Of a DNA stretch of 64,000 nucleotides, positions 19,831 to 30,870 are shown piece by piece (positions within the stretch are counted from its first letter, which is position 1; each line of letters opens with the position of its first letter). The DNA lies in IMG/VR virus record IMGVR_UViG_3300002835_000031; one strand, 5' to 3'. Source of the stretch: an uncultured virus (IMG/VR IMGVR_UViG_3300002835_000031) (lineage: Duplodnaviria > Heunggongvirae > Uroviricota > Caudoviricetes). The notes under the pieces are model-generated. The model saw only the letters and a list, made by a program, of their open reading frames with translations. It did not search any database and had not been told where the DNA came from. The translations under genes were made by a program, and so were the position numbers.

Positions 19831-21540
19831 TTAAATAACCGCAGTTGCTATTAGATTTTTAATTTTTGGCACAATTGTAGTATTTTCTGCATAAAATACA
19901 ACCTTGACTTGAAACTTGTTAAAGGATGTAAATGTTGTAGCTGCTCCCGCCCCAACATTTGAAGTATATGATAAATTAGGAGTACCCGTGGTTACTAAAG
20001 AATCTCCTTCTAAAATTTTATAAATTTCAGGAAGAAAATCTGTTTCGGATGAACCTACATATTTTTTACCAATACTTCCGGTAATACTACTCTCATTAAT
20101 TACATTTGCAGTTTGATTAAACAACGGCATTAATCTCCAATTTTTCTTTTCTATTGAAGAATCTATACCAATATCAGCTGAACTAATTACCCTACAAAAA
20201 ACATCTATATCTGTACCTGTTTTCCTATTTACATCCAGTTTGACTTCCAACCCAGTAGAATCAAACCCATTTTCCAAAGTAACAATTTTACTAATATATT
20301 TAGATTGCGCAACTCCGTTACTATATTGTAGTTCAGAGTTTCTTGTATCTATTTCAAAGGGGTCAATTAAATTTTTAAATGAGTACAGTTTAGTTCTTGC
20401 TTTATCTATTGCGGGAGATACATCGGTTGAATTATTTGTAAAGGTAACCTGCACTTTACAATCACCTACATTTTCTGTTACGAATCTATTAATTAATCTA
20501 AACGGCGTTTTTTCTTTAAAAGCCAAATAAGATTGTTGAACATTGTCTGACGAACGAGTACCTTTAATTTCATAATCTATTTTTGTTAAAGCGCCAAAAT
20601 TATATTGAGCAGTATCTAAAAATATATTATCAAATTCTGTTCTTGGAATTGCCGCAGTTTGTAATTCAAAACTCTTTTCTCCTGTTACAAATTTTGCCTT
20701 ATTAATTTTAAAACACAGGTCAGTATTTGTTTCCTCCAACCATTGATTTGTATTTTGCGATTTAAATAATCTTCCAGTATATGGTTCTTTACTTACAGTT
20801 ACACTACTACCTAAAATAGTTTCTCCTAATTTTCCAGCATATAGCGTATAATTTGGGGAATTCGACACTACGGAAAACGCATATTCTCCAGGAGTTAAAT
20901 ATACCGGGGAAAATGAAAATTTCGTAGATGGCCCGATGCCAGAATTAGGATCATTTGGAACATTTACTTCTGAAGAATTTTTAACAACTGTGGAGTCTTT
21001 TATAACTTCTCCTGCGGACGGTAATCCATTTATAAGTCGTCTTAGTTCTATAGAAACAGGTAATTCGGAATCTTTTGTTGCAAAAAATAGTTCAAGAGAA
21101 GTAATAACAATACCTTGAGTATATCTTTCAGGTACAAAAAATGTTTGAGTAACTGGACTTAGTGTGTTTGTTGCTTCTTGTATGCCTGAGCTATTTGTAG
21201 GAGATACTGCCCTTCCTCCACTTGTTAATTTATTATCAGACCTGGAAGACAAATTAGCAATAGCATAAATAGGGGGATCAAACCCATCGCGTGTTGTCTC
21301 TGAGCTACCAAACGTAATTTGTATATCGCCGGAATATGAAGAAAACCATTTATTTAAAATAAGTTTACCTTTTAATCTGCCCGTACCATCTGAGATTAAT
21401 GGTTCAACAATACCAGAGTTATTTACACACATAAGAGTATGATCTACTCCTGCAACCATCACAGCAATATTTGTATAAGGTGGCAAATTGAATACATCAA
21501 AATTAACAACAGAAGAGGATAAACGTGTTACATTGTTCAT
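19831..21540 (-). CDS. virion structural protein resembling the C-terminal part of VrlC/DUF4815-type proteins
   Basis: PVTQTFFV, ITSLELFFATKD, GRLFKSQN...DLCFKINKAKF, KYISKIVTL and FNKFQVKVV motifs. Confidence 0.75.
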   Translation of the reverse strand: MNNVTRLSSSVVNFDVFNLPPYTNIAVMVAGVDHTLMCVNNSGIVEPLISDGTGRLKGKLILNKWFSSYSGDIQITFGSSETTRDGFDPPIYAIANLSSRSDNKLTSGGRAVSPTNSSGIQEATNTLSPVTQTFFVPERYTQGIVITSLELFFATKDSELPVSIELRRLINGLPSAGEVIKDSTVVKNSSEVNVPNDPNSGIGPSTKFSFSPVYLTPGEYAFSVVSNSPNYTLYAGKLGETILGSSVTVSKEPYTGRLFKSQNTNQWLEETNTDLCFKINKAKFVTGEKSFELQTAAIPRTEFDNIFLDTAQYNFGALTKIDYEIKGTRSSDNVQQSYLAFKEKTPFRLINRFVTENVGDCKVQVTFTNNSTDVSPAIDKARTKLYSFKNLIDPFEIDTRNSELQYSNGVAQSKYISKIVTLENGFDSTGLEVKLDVNRKTGTDIDVFCRVISSADIGIDSSIEKKNWRLMPLFNQTANVINESSITGSIGKKYVGSSETDFLPEIYKILEGDSLVTTGTPNLSYTSNVGAGAATTFTSFNKFQVKVVFYAENTTIVPKIKNLIATAVI

Positions 21541-21545
21541 TTTTT

Positions 21546-22253
21546 TTAGTTTAAAAAGTTGTTAGTTAAAAATGCAGTTTTCAATTTTGCTATATTTTCT
21601 TCTGCTAAATCTTGCACGCCTTGCAGGTGTGGGGATAAATCTAAATCGTTTACAGCTACTCCCGTATAATTATTTAAGTATCCGTTGTTTATTGTGTAGT
21701 CTGAAGATGTTGTTATATTAGACGTGACATAAACATTATTTGTATTTAATGTAGTATTAACAAAAGAATCTAGAGCGGCTATGTTTGCAGAAAATCCAGT
21801 AATATTACTATAGAATTTTTTCTCAGGAATCATTACTTGAAAACTATTTGCAACAATTCCATTTGCGGTATTAAAATTTGTAGGAATACTTCTAGTAGTA
21901 TTTTCAATTGCAATTTGATTTACAACATTTCCCGAACTTTTATTAGTAATTGTATCTGCAATTGCTCTGCCAGTTGCAGTTTCATTTATTTTTAAATCTC
22001 TTATAGCATCTGCAGTAGCTATAACATTTATATTTTGCACAGTTAATAATAATCCGTTTGTATTTGAACTGTTGGTGTTATTCTCATCGTTAAGAATAAG
22101 TTTTGCTAAATCTATAGCAGCATCTTTAGATGCTCCTAATCCGGTCACCAGTGAAACTGCAGTGGCAGCCGCGTTTATGTTTAAAGGTTTAACTAATTGT
22201 TTGAAAAAATTTGCCATTTTTACCTTAAAATAATTTATTAAAATTGCGTGCAA
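21546..22253 (-). CDS. hypothetical N/T-rich structural protein
   Basis: 235-aa ORF; the real start is probably MANFFK (about 22217). Confidence 0.65.
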   Translation of the reverse strand: MHAILINYFKVKMANFFKQLVKPLNINAAATAVSLVTGLGASKDAAIDLAKLILNDENNTNSSNTNGLLLTVQNINVIATADAIRDLKINETATGRAIADTITNKSSGNVVNQIAIENTTRSIPTNFNTANGIVANSFQVMIPEKKFYSNITGFSANIAALDSFVNTTLNTNNVYVTSNITTSSDYTINNGYLNNYTGVAVNDLDLSPHLQGVQDLAEENIAKLKTAFLTNNFLN

Positions 22254-22269
22254 GTATCTTTATCATCTC

Positions 22270-25200
22270 TTACTCGCTTCCACCTGCTGACGCATTGTCA
22301 GCATAAAAATCACGATTTGAATATGAAACAGTAGTGACCGTGCCTTTTTCACCAGTAATTGTAGATGTTGCTCCCGTTACCCCTGATTTTTGATCTTCGT
22401 TATTAGATTGTGTTTGTCCTGTTAATTGATTTTCCGGTATAACATTTTCATAAATTAACGATGCAAGATCTCCGCCACCTGTAATTACTGAAGGATATAT
22501 AACTGCTCTAGCATTATCCCCAACTACTCCGTCTGGATTAGGATTTGAATTTTTATTACTTGCAATAGTTTGACTAATAAATTCTTCTTCAGTATAATTC
22601 ATATAGACCAAATCATTTAAGATTGACACGTCTGGATCTGTAACATAAAACAAATTATGTTCTATTGCTGAAAACGCAGGTCGACATTCTTGTCTAGAAG
22701 TATCTATAGCTGCGGTAAAGTCCGGACTTCTTACATACCCGGGACCATACCCTGAAAAATTGTCTACAAGTATTCCTGTTTTATATAATATATTTCCCGT
22801 AGATCCATTTCTATCAAAAACTATATTGTTTAACGCAATAATATCTAAACCTTGTTTTTTAACACGTTTTTCTAATAATGTCAATTTTTGATCAATTATA
22901 GAGATATCTTTCATAGTATAACGCGGGGCATCATTGTATTCTATTAATATATCTTGATAGCTTGCGGTATAAGGCTCAACGTATAAAGTAGCAATTAATT
23001 GTTTAGTACTATCCGTAAAATCTTTAGGAGAAGTTGGATTTAAACTAGGTACACCGGAATCAATACTAAACTTATTTTGAATTTTCTTTACACTTGCATC
23101 TCTATTATTTAGATATAATCTATCAATTCTACCTAGATAAAATTCAACATCTGCTTCTGTACCCGGAACTTCGGATGGATTTGGTTTAATATGAGCATCA
23201 AAATAAAATATATTTGATAATCTTCCATCATACCCAGGTTGAACACTAAGAGGAGTGTCATCTTGTCTGCGAATTCTATAATCTAAACAATCTCTTAAAT
23301 TAAATTCTGTAGCATCTATTACAGATCTATAAGTAGGGATTTTAGAATATAGATTTGCCGGATAAGATTCTACATCTAATGCGCCTGTTCCCGAATGTGT
23401 AAAATAATCAAAAGTAATTAATACATTGCCGGGTATACTATCTTGTGTCCCTAAAAATCTAACGGATCCGTGATCGTACCAATTATCAGTTTGTCCAGTA
23501 TTTAAACTATAAGACAATAATGATTCTTTTTTGACCTTTTCCCAATATGCAATATTTGTTAATGATTGTCCTGTACTTGAGGTATTTGCTCTGTAAATTA
23601 AACCATTATATTGAACTAGATTGTTTGTATTATATGCGGTAGAAGAATTATAATTTCCAACATAGGAATTACTACCTATTTTAAAAATTCCTTTATACGA
23701 ATAAACATCTGATTTTAATACTGAATAATCTACTTGAGGAACTTGTATGTTGGCATTAAATGTTTGATTTTCAACTAAAGTTTTAGTTCTTCTTGTTAAA
23801 GTGTCATTTTCCAAAGTTGCTATTATATCAACAGTGCCAGATAATATAATATTATTAAAATTTATAGTTAATTGTGTACCGGTTCCATTTAATGTCATTG
23901 AAGTATTTTCAAGAGGAACAAAAATATTACCAGAATATCCTCCAGAATATGAGTCTCTGACCACCATAGTATAGTATTCTCTTTTTATTGAGGACGGCAA
24001 TGAGGAACTAAGGGGCCCAACAAATTTATTAGGAGAACTAGTATTTAATGTTATAATTCCAGAAGTACCTAAAACATTAGGAAATAATTGAGAATAAACA
24101 ACTTTATTTTTTGATACTTTTTTAATATTATTTTTTGGTATTTTAAAAACATTTCTGTTTTCTCCTACCTCATAATATCTTAGTCTATTATCAACTAATC
24201 CATATGTTGGATGTATATTTGCAAAAAATGTTGGATGATTATATGTACCATTGTTGCCATAATTTATTGTGAATGGATTTTGAACCCCGATAACAGATCT
24301 AATATTATCTGGGGTTAAAGTAGTAGATGCTTGTTCATAATAGTACCAATAAAATCTAAAAGACGAACCTGTTCCAATTCCAGTTTCATATTGTATGTGT
24401 TTTGGGACAACATACCCCACCAGGGTAGAAGCATTCATTGCAGATCTATTAGTTGTATTATGACATTCGTAAAAATTCTCACCAGCTAAATCTGCTATTT
24501 GCGGCAATCCAAAAGTTGGTGCCTCAATTACAACATAAGTTCCAAAAAAGGTATTTATATTTAACGCTTCTAAGGTATCAGTTGTTAATGCCTTAGGAAT
24601 TGAAATTTCAGTTTTCCCGTAAGTTGCAATATCATATCCTCCTACAAATGCTCTGCCGGGGCTAATAAAAAAGTTCTCACTTAATCCATCTGTAGATGGG
24701 CCAGTAGTTTGTAAATTAAAAGGAGATACTAAATAATTTCCAGATTCAGCATATGTTCTTGATGCTAGAGTTTTTGCAAGTTCAGCATATTTAGAATCCC
24801 CTGTAGATTCAATTAAATCTAAATTACCATTTTTATATCTACCTATTTCTATAAATGTTCCAGATATATCAGGTTTATTATCAGATGTTAAGTCCACCCC
24901 ATCTAAAATTAATTGCATTTTTAATCTATCAGCACCTGGTGCTAAATAATTTGAACTACCAAATGATGGATCTAACAAACTGCTATCATCATTATAATCA
25001 ATTATAGTTTCGTTGTACCTTAAAATAATAGATTTTGTAGGATATGCTGTATATTTTTGAGGTACAATTTTTTGTTTAATAGTTTCTATAAAAAATCCAT
25101 TTTTATAATAGGTTCCTGAACTAGTTCCAAATATCAATGTGGGGCTGGTATTTCTTCGTTTAAATTGTATACTAACATTGGTATCGGTAATTCCTATAAT

Positions 25201-25869
25201 TTGATTAACTTTTATACTTGTATTTGTAATAACTTCAACCACATATAAATCTGAACTTAAACTTGGACCTATTATTTGATCTCCTACTTTAATTATACCT
25301 GTGGTTGTAGTTAATGTGATTGTATCAGAATATTCATTTAAATTTGCAGTTCCTGTAATAAATGAATCAGAAGCTGCCGATACTGTTAATGATGTTGCAC
25401 TTTTTGAATTTGCATCTGTAATTGTATTATAGAACTTTAAAGTTTCTTCAGACTTAAATTCGCTTGTACCTTCTGTTCTAATTAAAGACATTACAAAAGT
25501 TGGAGGATCTCCCACATCTGGATTATCTGCATCAAATACAAAATCTACTTTACCAATAATATTTGAAGTAGTTCCGGTAACATACTTATTTAAATATACT
25601 TGTAAGTTTGCAGTATTTGCGTCTGGTTGCAATTTAACAGCACGGCCATTATCATTAATAGTAACTGCTACAGGATCGTCACTTAATATTCTGCTTCCAT
25701 CTACAAAAATATGATTTGCAAATTTCTTTATCTGATCCTGTAGGATACTTTGAATTTGCGTAAGTTCTCTTGCCTGTACGGGCGTACCTGGCTTAAAAAG
25801 AATTCTATAAAAATTCTTAGTACTATCAAAATCGTCATAATATGGGTTTGTTGTTAAATTTACAGCCAT
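22270..25869 (-). CDS. large virion structural protein (VrlC/DUF4815-like N-terminal part)
   Basis: PYYDDFD...FYRILFKPGTPVQARELTQIQSILQDQI, APGADRLK, LASRTYAESGNY and KTGILVDNF motifs. Confidence 0.88.
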   Translation of the reverse strand: MAVNLTTNPYYDDFDSTKNFYRILFKPGTPVQARELTQIQSILQDQIKKFANHIFVDGSRILSDDPVAVTINDNGRAVKLQPDANTANLQVYLNKYVTGTTSNIIGKVDFVFDADNPDVGDPPTFVMSLIRTEGTSEFKSEETLKFYNTITDANSKSATSLTVSAASDSFITGTANLNEYSDTITLTTTTGIIKVGDQIIGPSLSSDLYVVEVITNTSIKVNQIIGITDTNVSIQFKRRNTSPTLIFGTSSGTYYKNGFFIETIKQKIVPQKYTAYPTKSIILRYNETIIDYNDDSSLLDPSFGSSNYLAPGADRLKMQLILDGVDLTSDNKPDISGTFIEIGRYKNGNLDLIESTGDSKYAELAKTLASRTYAESGNYLVSPFNLQTTGPSTDGLSENFFISPGRAFVGGYDIATYGKTEISIPKALTTDTLEALNINTFFGTYVVIEAPTFGLPQIADLAGENFYECHNTTNRSAMNASTLVGYVVPKHIQYETGIGTGSSFRFYWYYYEQASTTLTPDNIRSVIGVQNPFTINYGNNGTYNHPTFFANIHPTYGLVDNRLRYYEVGENRNVFKIPKNNIKKVSKNKVVYSQLFPNVLGTSGIITLNTSSPNKFVGPLSSSLPSSIKREYYTMVVRDSYSGGYSGNIFVPLENTSMTLNGTGTQLTINFNNIILSGTVDIIATLENDTLTRRTKTLVENQTFNANIQVPQVDYSVLKSDVYSYKGIFKIGSNSYVGNYNSSTAYNTNNLVQYNGLIYRANTSSTGQSLTNIAYWEKVKKESLLSYSLNTGQTDNWYDHGSVRFLGTQDSIPGNVLITFDYFTHSGTGALDVESYPANLYSKIPTYRSVIDATEFNLRDCLDYRIRRQDDTPLSVQPGYDGRLSNIFYFDAHIKPNPSEVPGTEADVEFYLGRIDRLYLNNRDASVKKIQNKFSIDSGVPSLNPTSPKDFTDSTKQLIATLYVEPYTASYQDILIEYNDAPRYTMKDISIIDQKLTLLEKRVKKQGLDIIALNNIVFDRNGSTGNILYKTGILVDNFSGYGPGYVRSPDFTAAIDTSRQECRPAFSAIEHNLFYVTDPDVSILNDLVYMNYTEEEFISQTIASNKNSNPNPDGVVGDNARAVIYPSVITGGGDLASLIYENVIPENQLTGQTQSNNEDQKSGVTGATSTITGEKGTVTTVSYSNRDFYADNASAGGSE

Positions 25870-25881
25870 TTTTATTTTACC

Positions 25882-27186
25882 TTAGAATTCTATAACTATA
25901 TGAATATTTTCTGCTTGGTCTAAAGCTCTTGTAATTTTAGCGCGGTTTTCCACATATAAAATTTGACCAGTATTTTTATTTACTTCAGCAGGTGTTATTA
26001 CACTAATAGTTCCTACTGCCAATGAATTTGCTCCACGAATTGTTTCCCCGGTTGAAAATATAATATTTCCCGAAAATAATTCAATCGGAGTAATATATCT
26101 AATAGTAACATTCCCGGCCGCCACATTCGCATTTGCGCTAACTATAAATGCGTTTGAGTTGGTATTATCTCCACTAATATATTCATCTAATGCAAATGTG
26201 CCAGTAACGTTTGAAACATTTAATGTAATTGTTGCATCAAGCGTTGTTTCAGTTGCTATTGTAGATGTTATGTTTGAAATTGGATTTTTAATTATTCCAA
26301 TTCTTCTATAATCATTTACTACAGGAAAATCACCACCACCTTCTGCATAATTAAGCCTTGTATTAATCATTACATATCTAGCACCCAATTCAGTCAACAC
26401 ATCTGATCCATGACCATTTACGGGAGAAATAATTGCTCTAGCAGTTGCATTTGCTCCTCCTCCTCCTGTAATTACTAGATTTGCATAATTATAATTAGAT
26501 CCTGGGGTACTTAATATAATACGACTAATTGTATTTGCGCTAGTAATAATACTTCCTACGGCAGCCCCGCTACCGTCTCCCAATATACTAACAGTAATAT
26601 TTGAATTTGTTGTATAAGAATTGCCGGCATTAACTACAATTGCATTATCTATAGTGCCTTTAATTGCAGTTGAAGTAACATCATAATTTAAATTAACCGG
26701 CATAAAATTACTTGTTAAAAATTTTAATAAATCGGTATCTGACAATGAATACAAATATTTCCATCTATATCCGTCAGAGGTTGTTATAACACTCATGGAT
26801 GTTCCGGTGGGTTTACTGGATGAAGCTGCCCCAAAATTATTAGATATACATTTGTAAACATTATTATCTTGTGTTAGTACATAAAAATTAGATCCATAAA
26901 AATTTTGATTTTCATTATCATATTGGGAATATACAACACCCGAAGACCAATTGTTACGTAAGACAACTTGTTTGAAATCATTTGGCACAATTCTTTTTAA
27001 TGCGACAGTATCCGTCCAATAAAGTGTATCTTGATATGGAACGTTTACTGGTGTGGGTGCCGTTGGTTCATTATCCCAACTTTGGGGTCTACCTATAAAA
27101 AGATACAGGTTATTAGTATCAACAACATACTCTATAAAACGAGTAGCATTAAATACTCTAAAATTTTCTGTAATGATTTGAGCCAT
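25882..27186 (-). CDS. gp8: baseplate wedge subunit
   Basis: YLFIGRPQSW, NVYKCISN, DGYRWKYLY and C-terminal LYVENR...ENIHIVIEF motifs. Confidence 0.9.
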   Translation of the reverse strand: MAQIITENFRVFNATRFIEYVVDTNNLYLFIGRPQSWDNEPTAPTPVNVPYQDTLYWTDTVALKRIVPNDFKQVVLRNNWSSGVVYSQYDNENQNFYGSNFYVLTQDNNVYKCISNNFGAASSSKPTGTSMSVITTSDGYRWKYLYSLSDTDLLKFLTSNFMPVNLNYDVTSTAIKGTIDNAIVVNAGNSYTTNSNITVSILGDGSGAAVGSIITSANTISRIILSTPGSNYNYANLVITGGGGANATARAIISPVNGHGSDVLTELGARYVMINTRLNYAEGGGDFPVVNDYRRIGIIKNPISNITSTIATETTLDATITLNVSNVTGTFALDEYISGDNTNSNAFIVSANANVAAGNVTIRYITPIELFSGNIIFSTGETIRGANSLAVGTISVITPAEVNKNTGQILYVENRAKITRALDQAENIHIVIEF

Positions 27187-27214
27187 TATAATTCCATTAA
27201 TTTTTAATTATTTA

Positions 27215-28999
27215 TTACAGTATATTGAATATATAATATACATGATCTGTAGATATAGGTAAATTTTGTACTCTGCTATTTGAATAAGAAGTCATGCTTG
27301 CATCAAATGGGGGAATATTCATATCTGCAGTTATACCCAAATAATCCCAAATCTCATTATCAACCGTTGTTTCAACATTTGCTGAAATCTGATTAGTAAT
27401 AAAAACTTCACCAAAAACTTCCATGCCCGCCGGATGAACTGTGGATTTGACAATATCTTTCCATTTATCAATAGATTCTCCGCTTCTTACCACATATGAA
27501 TATTGTTGATAAAATATTTTAGATTTATCTACAGAATCAACTGCAGGACCTTGGATATAAATTAATTCAGATAATTTACCTTTGTTGTTTAACCAATACC
27601 CCTCACTTTCTTGAACTGCTCCAATATTACTAAATAAGTTTGCTGTTCTTGTATATTTTAAATTTGCAAAAATAGCAGTTGAATCCAACCCGGTCATTGT
27701 AAATCTAAACCGGGTATCATCTAAAATTGTGGTGACGGTAATTACATTTTCCGCGCCATTAATATAACTATTAGAATTTCCGTAAAAAATTAAATTGGCA
27801 TTTTTTCCTCTAGATAAACCATGAGGAACTGTACCGGTAAATGTGCCTATTGTATTACTAAGTCGAACATTTCCTTGCACTACATTTACCGGATCTTCTA
27901 TAGATGCATTAACAAAAAATCCTACCGGTAGTGCACCATTTATCGGAGTAAGGCCTGCAAATACTCCAGGATTAACTACTTTAATTGTTCGAATTCCGCC
28001 GGTATCTGTTAAAGATGTTATTCGTACATTTGCATCTCGTACTAAAATTTTAGTATTTGCAGTATATCCATTTTCTCCGTCAATGATGTCAAGTTTAATT
28101 AACTGCGGAATTATGCTTGCATTTATAATTTCTCTAGTATTTGTGGTAGAATTTGTTAATTTACTAGCAGTTATATTTTCAATTAAAAAATTACCTTTAA
28201 TTTTTTCAAGAGTTAATTCATATACAGTAATTGTGTATCCTACATCAGGATTAATTTTAACAACATTATTTACTACGGCAGATGCTCCAGATACATCCCC
28301 TACAATTTTAGTATTAATAAAATTGAATATATTGGAATTATCTATAGATATAACTCTTAAATTATAATCTTTTTTCCAAACTCCGTCAGATGCCTTTAAA
28401 ACTACAGTATCCGGATAAAAGAAACTAGCTTCATCGTTAAAAATTATTCTAAATAATAATTTGTAAGCTTCTTCAGTTCCTTTTGTTTTATGTATATCTT
28501 TAAAGTGTTTAATAAAAGTGCGTTTATCTGTAATGATGTTACGCGGAATATCATTGCCATAATTTATAAAGAAATTCTCAATTAATGAATCAATTGTAGT
28601 TTCACTATCAGCGTATTGTCTTGCATTTTGTAATAGTTCTTGTGGGCTTTGATCTTGTTCTAAAAATTTGTAATATGCCTCTAAAAATTTTATAAAATTA
28701 GAACTAGTATCCGTTTTAACAAAACTTAATTGTACAGAAGTAAGTGTTGCTGGTGCAACTGCACTAATTTGAATTTTAGTATTTGATAATATACTTATAA
28801 CATAGAGTGAACTAGTAATTTGTGCATGTGATAGTTTATCACCTGCCATAATATCTACACTATTATTTACAGTTACAATATCAGATCCAGCAACAGTAGA
28901 ACCAATTGCATAAGATACTGCTTCAGATTCTCCTACACGCAAAAACTCAGGTATTTGATGTGTAAATATTTTTGATATTTTTTCTGTTATTCGGCTCAT
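27215..28999 (-). CDS. baseplate wedge initiator, gp7-like
   Basis: QIPEFLR, FLEAYY, KGTEEAYKLLFRIIF, YQQYSYVVRS and HPAGMEVFG motifs; between gp6 and gp8. Confidence 0.75.
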   Translation of the reverse strand: MSRITEKISKIFTHQIPEFLRVGESEAVSYAIGSTVAGSDIVTVNNSVDIMAGDKLSHAQITSSLYVISILSNTKIQISAVAPATLTSVQLSFVKTDTSSNFIKFLEAYYKFLEQDQSPQELLQNARQYADSETTIDSLIENFFINYGNDIPRNIITDKRTFIKHFKDIHKTKGTEEAYKLLFRIIFNDEASFFYPDTVVLKASDGVWKKDYNLRVISIDNSNIFNFINTKIVGDVSGASAVVNNVVKINPDVGYTITVYELTLEKIKGNFLIENITASKLTNSTTNTREIINASIIPQLIKLDIIDGENGYTANTKILVRDANVRITSLTDTGGIRTIKVVNPGVFAGLTPINGALPVGFFVNASIEDPVNVVQGNVRLSNTIGTFTGTVPHGLSRGKNANLIFYGNSNSYINGAENVITVTTILDDTRFRFTMTGLDSTAIFANLKYTRTANLFSNIGAVQESEGYWLNNKGKLSELIYIQGPAVDSVDKSKIFYQQYSYVVRSGESIDKWKDIVKSTVHPAGMEVFGEVFITNQISANVETTVDNEIWDYLGITADMNIPPFDASMTSYSNSRVQNLPISTDHVYYIFNIL

Positions 29000-30870
29000 T
29001 CAGTTACAACTGCGATTGTATTAACAGTTAATCCTTGTAGTCTATTTGCAGCACCATTAAAAGTACTGTCATCTAATAGTAAAATTTCATTTTTACTAAC
29101 CATAATATCTAAATATGAATCTTGCACGGTTGTTGATAATCTAATATCTGTAGTATCTTCCGTGTATCCTGTAGGATATAAAGAGTCTATTGAAATTATA
29201 CCGTTGTTATAATCAATAGTTCCATAGTTTGATGTAATAATTTCGGATGTATCTGCATTAACTAACTTAAGTGTGCCAAATCCTAATCTATTTGGGACAA
29301 TATCATTAGGAAAATCTTTAATTCTGGCTTCAACGGAATTGCCGTTTTGCGAAACAACAAATCTGGTAGTCTCTAAACTACCGGGTTCAATTCCATTTTT
29401 AAAGTTAATTGTGTTACCTATAGTATAAGAATTATCAAAATTTAATATTGGTGTTATTCTTTTCTGCAATTTAACAGTCATTAAATTACCTATAACAGAA
29501 TTATCTACTGCATCAATTGTTCTTGATAATTTAGAATAAACAAAATCTTTATCAAATTTTTGCAAATCATTATTAAAATATGTTCGTATCGTTGATATTA
29601 CTAAATTTTTAATTTGTGTTGCAGATACTGTAGAAATTTTAGAATTGTACTTCACATTCACTGCTAAATTAATATAAAAATATTCTGGTTCAATAAATTC
29701 TGGTATAATAGATAATACTTGTTTACTTTGTAGAACTAAATTTGAAATATCATCTTTAGTTTGTTGTGTTATCTCGTATCCATCATATGGGTTTAATGAA
29801 ATAATAACTTTGCCATATTTCGGAGGATTATTATCTTCTCCGCCCCATACTGAGATAGATTCAACTAAAGGATAATTTTTAGAAATTAATACTTTATAAT
29901 CTTCAGCAGTAACTGCTCTATTTTGAGAAGATCCAAATTTTGGAGCATTAAATCTAATACTTTCAATCGTTTCTCTAGAAGTTCCGCCTCTTGAATTTGA
30001 AGTGGGTGTGATTATACCGGTAACCGAACCGCCGCCAATTTGCGAGCCGCAAAAAAATTCTTGAGAAATATTACCAGAAACATTACCTAGCGTGCCATTA
30101 CTAATTAAATAGGTAACTTTAACAAGATTGCCTCTATTTAATTTTTTACCTAAAATACCATCGCCAAAATGTATTTGATATCTATCGGCTGTATTTTCTT
30201 CTAAGAAATAAACATTAGACGTTCCGTCAATATTTAAAGTATCTTCTGCTAAGGAGTATACTGTAGTTGTTGTATCTGATAATGAATTTTGCACAATAAC
30301 TTGAATAGATGAAATGTCGCAATTTTCATTAGGTATTATATATTTTTCTGCTGGACCAGGAACATCTGCAGTAAATATATATTCTAATGGAATTCCCTCT
30401 ACAACTTCTACATCAGTAAATGTATATGTTCCAACATTGGGTTGTATCGTTACAGAATTTAAATTAACAAATGTTAGAGAATTTTCATTTATAGTAGTTG
30501 TAAATGGAGTAAATCTTTCAAGTGTCAAAAAGTTTGGATTATTCGTAGGGGAGTCAACTTCGAATGATAATAGCGCTCTTGCACCTTGTGTAGAAAATGG
30601 TGTATATCCCAGATGTTTTGCAATAGAAACTGCCGACGCTCTTTTAACGGCCGAGTCTAAAAACATCTCATTAACTACCATGTTTGCTAAATAAGCATTG
30701 TAGTGAGTATTGTAAGATAACACATCCAACAGAATAGATAGCCCAGATCCTTCATAATCAAAGTCTGTGAAGTATGGTGCACCATCGTCATCAACGTAAT
30801 TTTTTAAAAAGTCTTTTAGATTTGATTTTATTGTATCAAAATCTAATTCCGCTATTCTTAGATTGGACAT
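28996..30870 (-). CDS. gp6: baseplate wedge subunit
   Basis: LDFDTIKSNLK, FTDFDYEGSGL, LDVLSYNTHY, FGDGILGK, QNRAVTAEDY and WGGEDN motifs. Confidence 0.96.
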   Translation of the reverse strand: MSNLRIAELDFDTIKSNLKDFLKNYVDDDGAPYFTDFDYEGSGLSILLDVLSYNTHYNAYLANMVVNEMFLDSAVKRASAVSIAKHLGYTPFSTQGARALLSFEVDSPTNNPNFLTLERFTPFTTTINENSLTFVNLNSVTIQPNVGTYTFTDVEVVEGIPLEYIFTADVPGPAEKYIIPNENCDISSIQVIVQNSLSDTTTTVYSLAEDTLNIDGTSNVYFLEENTADRYQIHFGDGILGKKLNRGNLVKVTYLISNGTLGNVSGNISQEFFCGSQIGGGSVTGIITPTSNSRGGTSRETIESIRFNAPKFGSSQNRAVTAEDYKVLISKNYPLVESISVWGGEDNNPPKYGKVIISLNPYDGYEITQQTKDDISNLVLQSKQVLSIIPEFIEPEYFYINLAVNVKYNSKISTVSATQIKNLVISTIRTYFNNDLQKFDKDFVYSKLSRTIDAVDNSVIGNLMTVKLQKRITPILNFDNSYTIGNTINFKNGIEPGSLETTRFVVSQNGNSVEARIKDFPNDIVPNRLGFGTLKLVNADTSEIITSNYGTIDYNNGIISIDSLYPTGYTEDTTDIRLSTTVQDSYLDIMVSKNEILLLDDSTFNGAANRLQGLTVNTIAVVTE

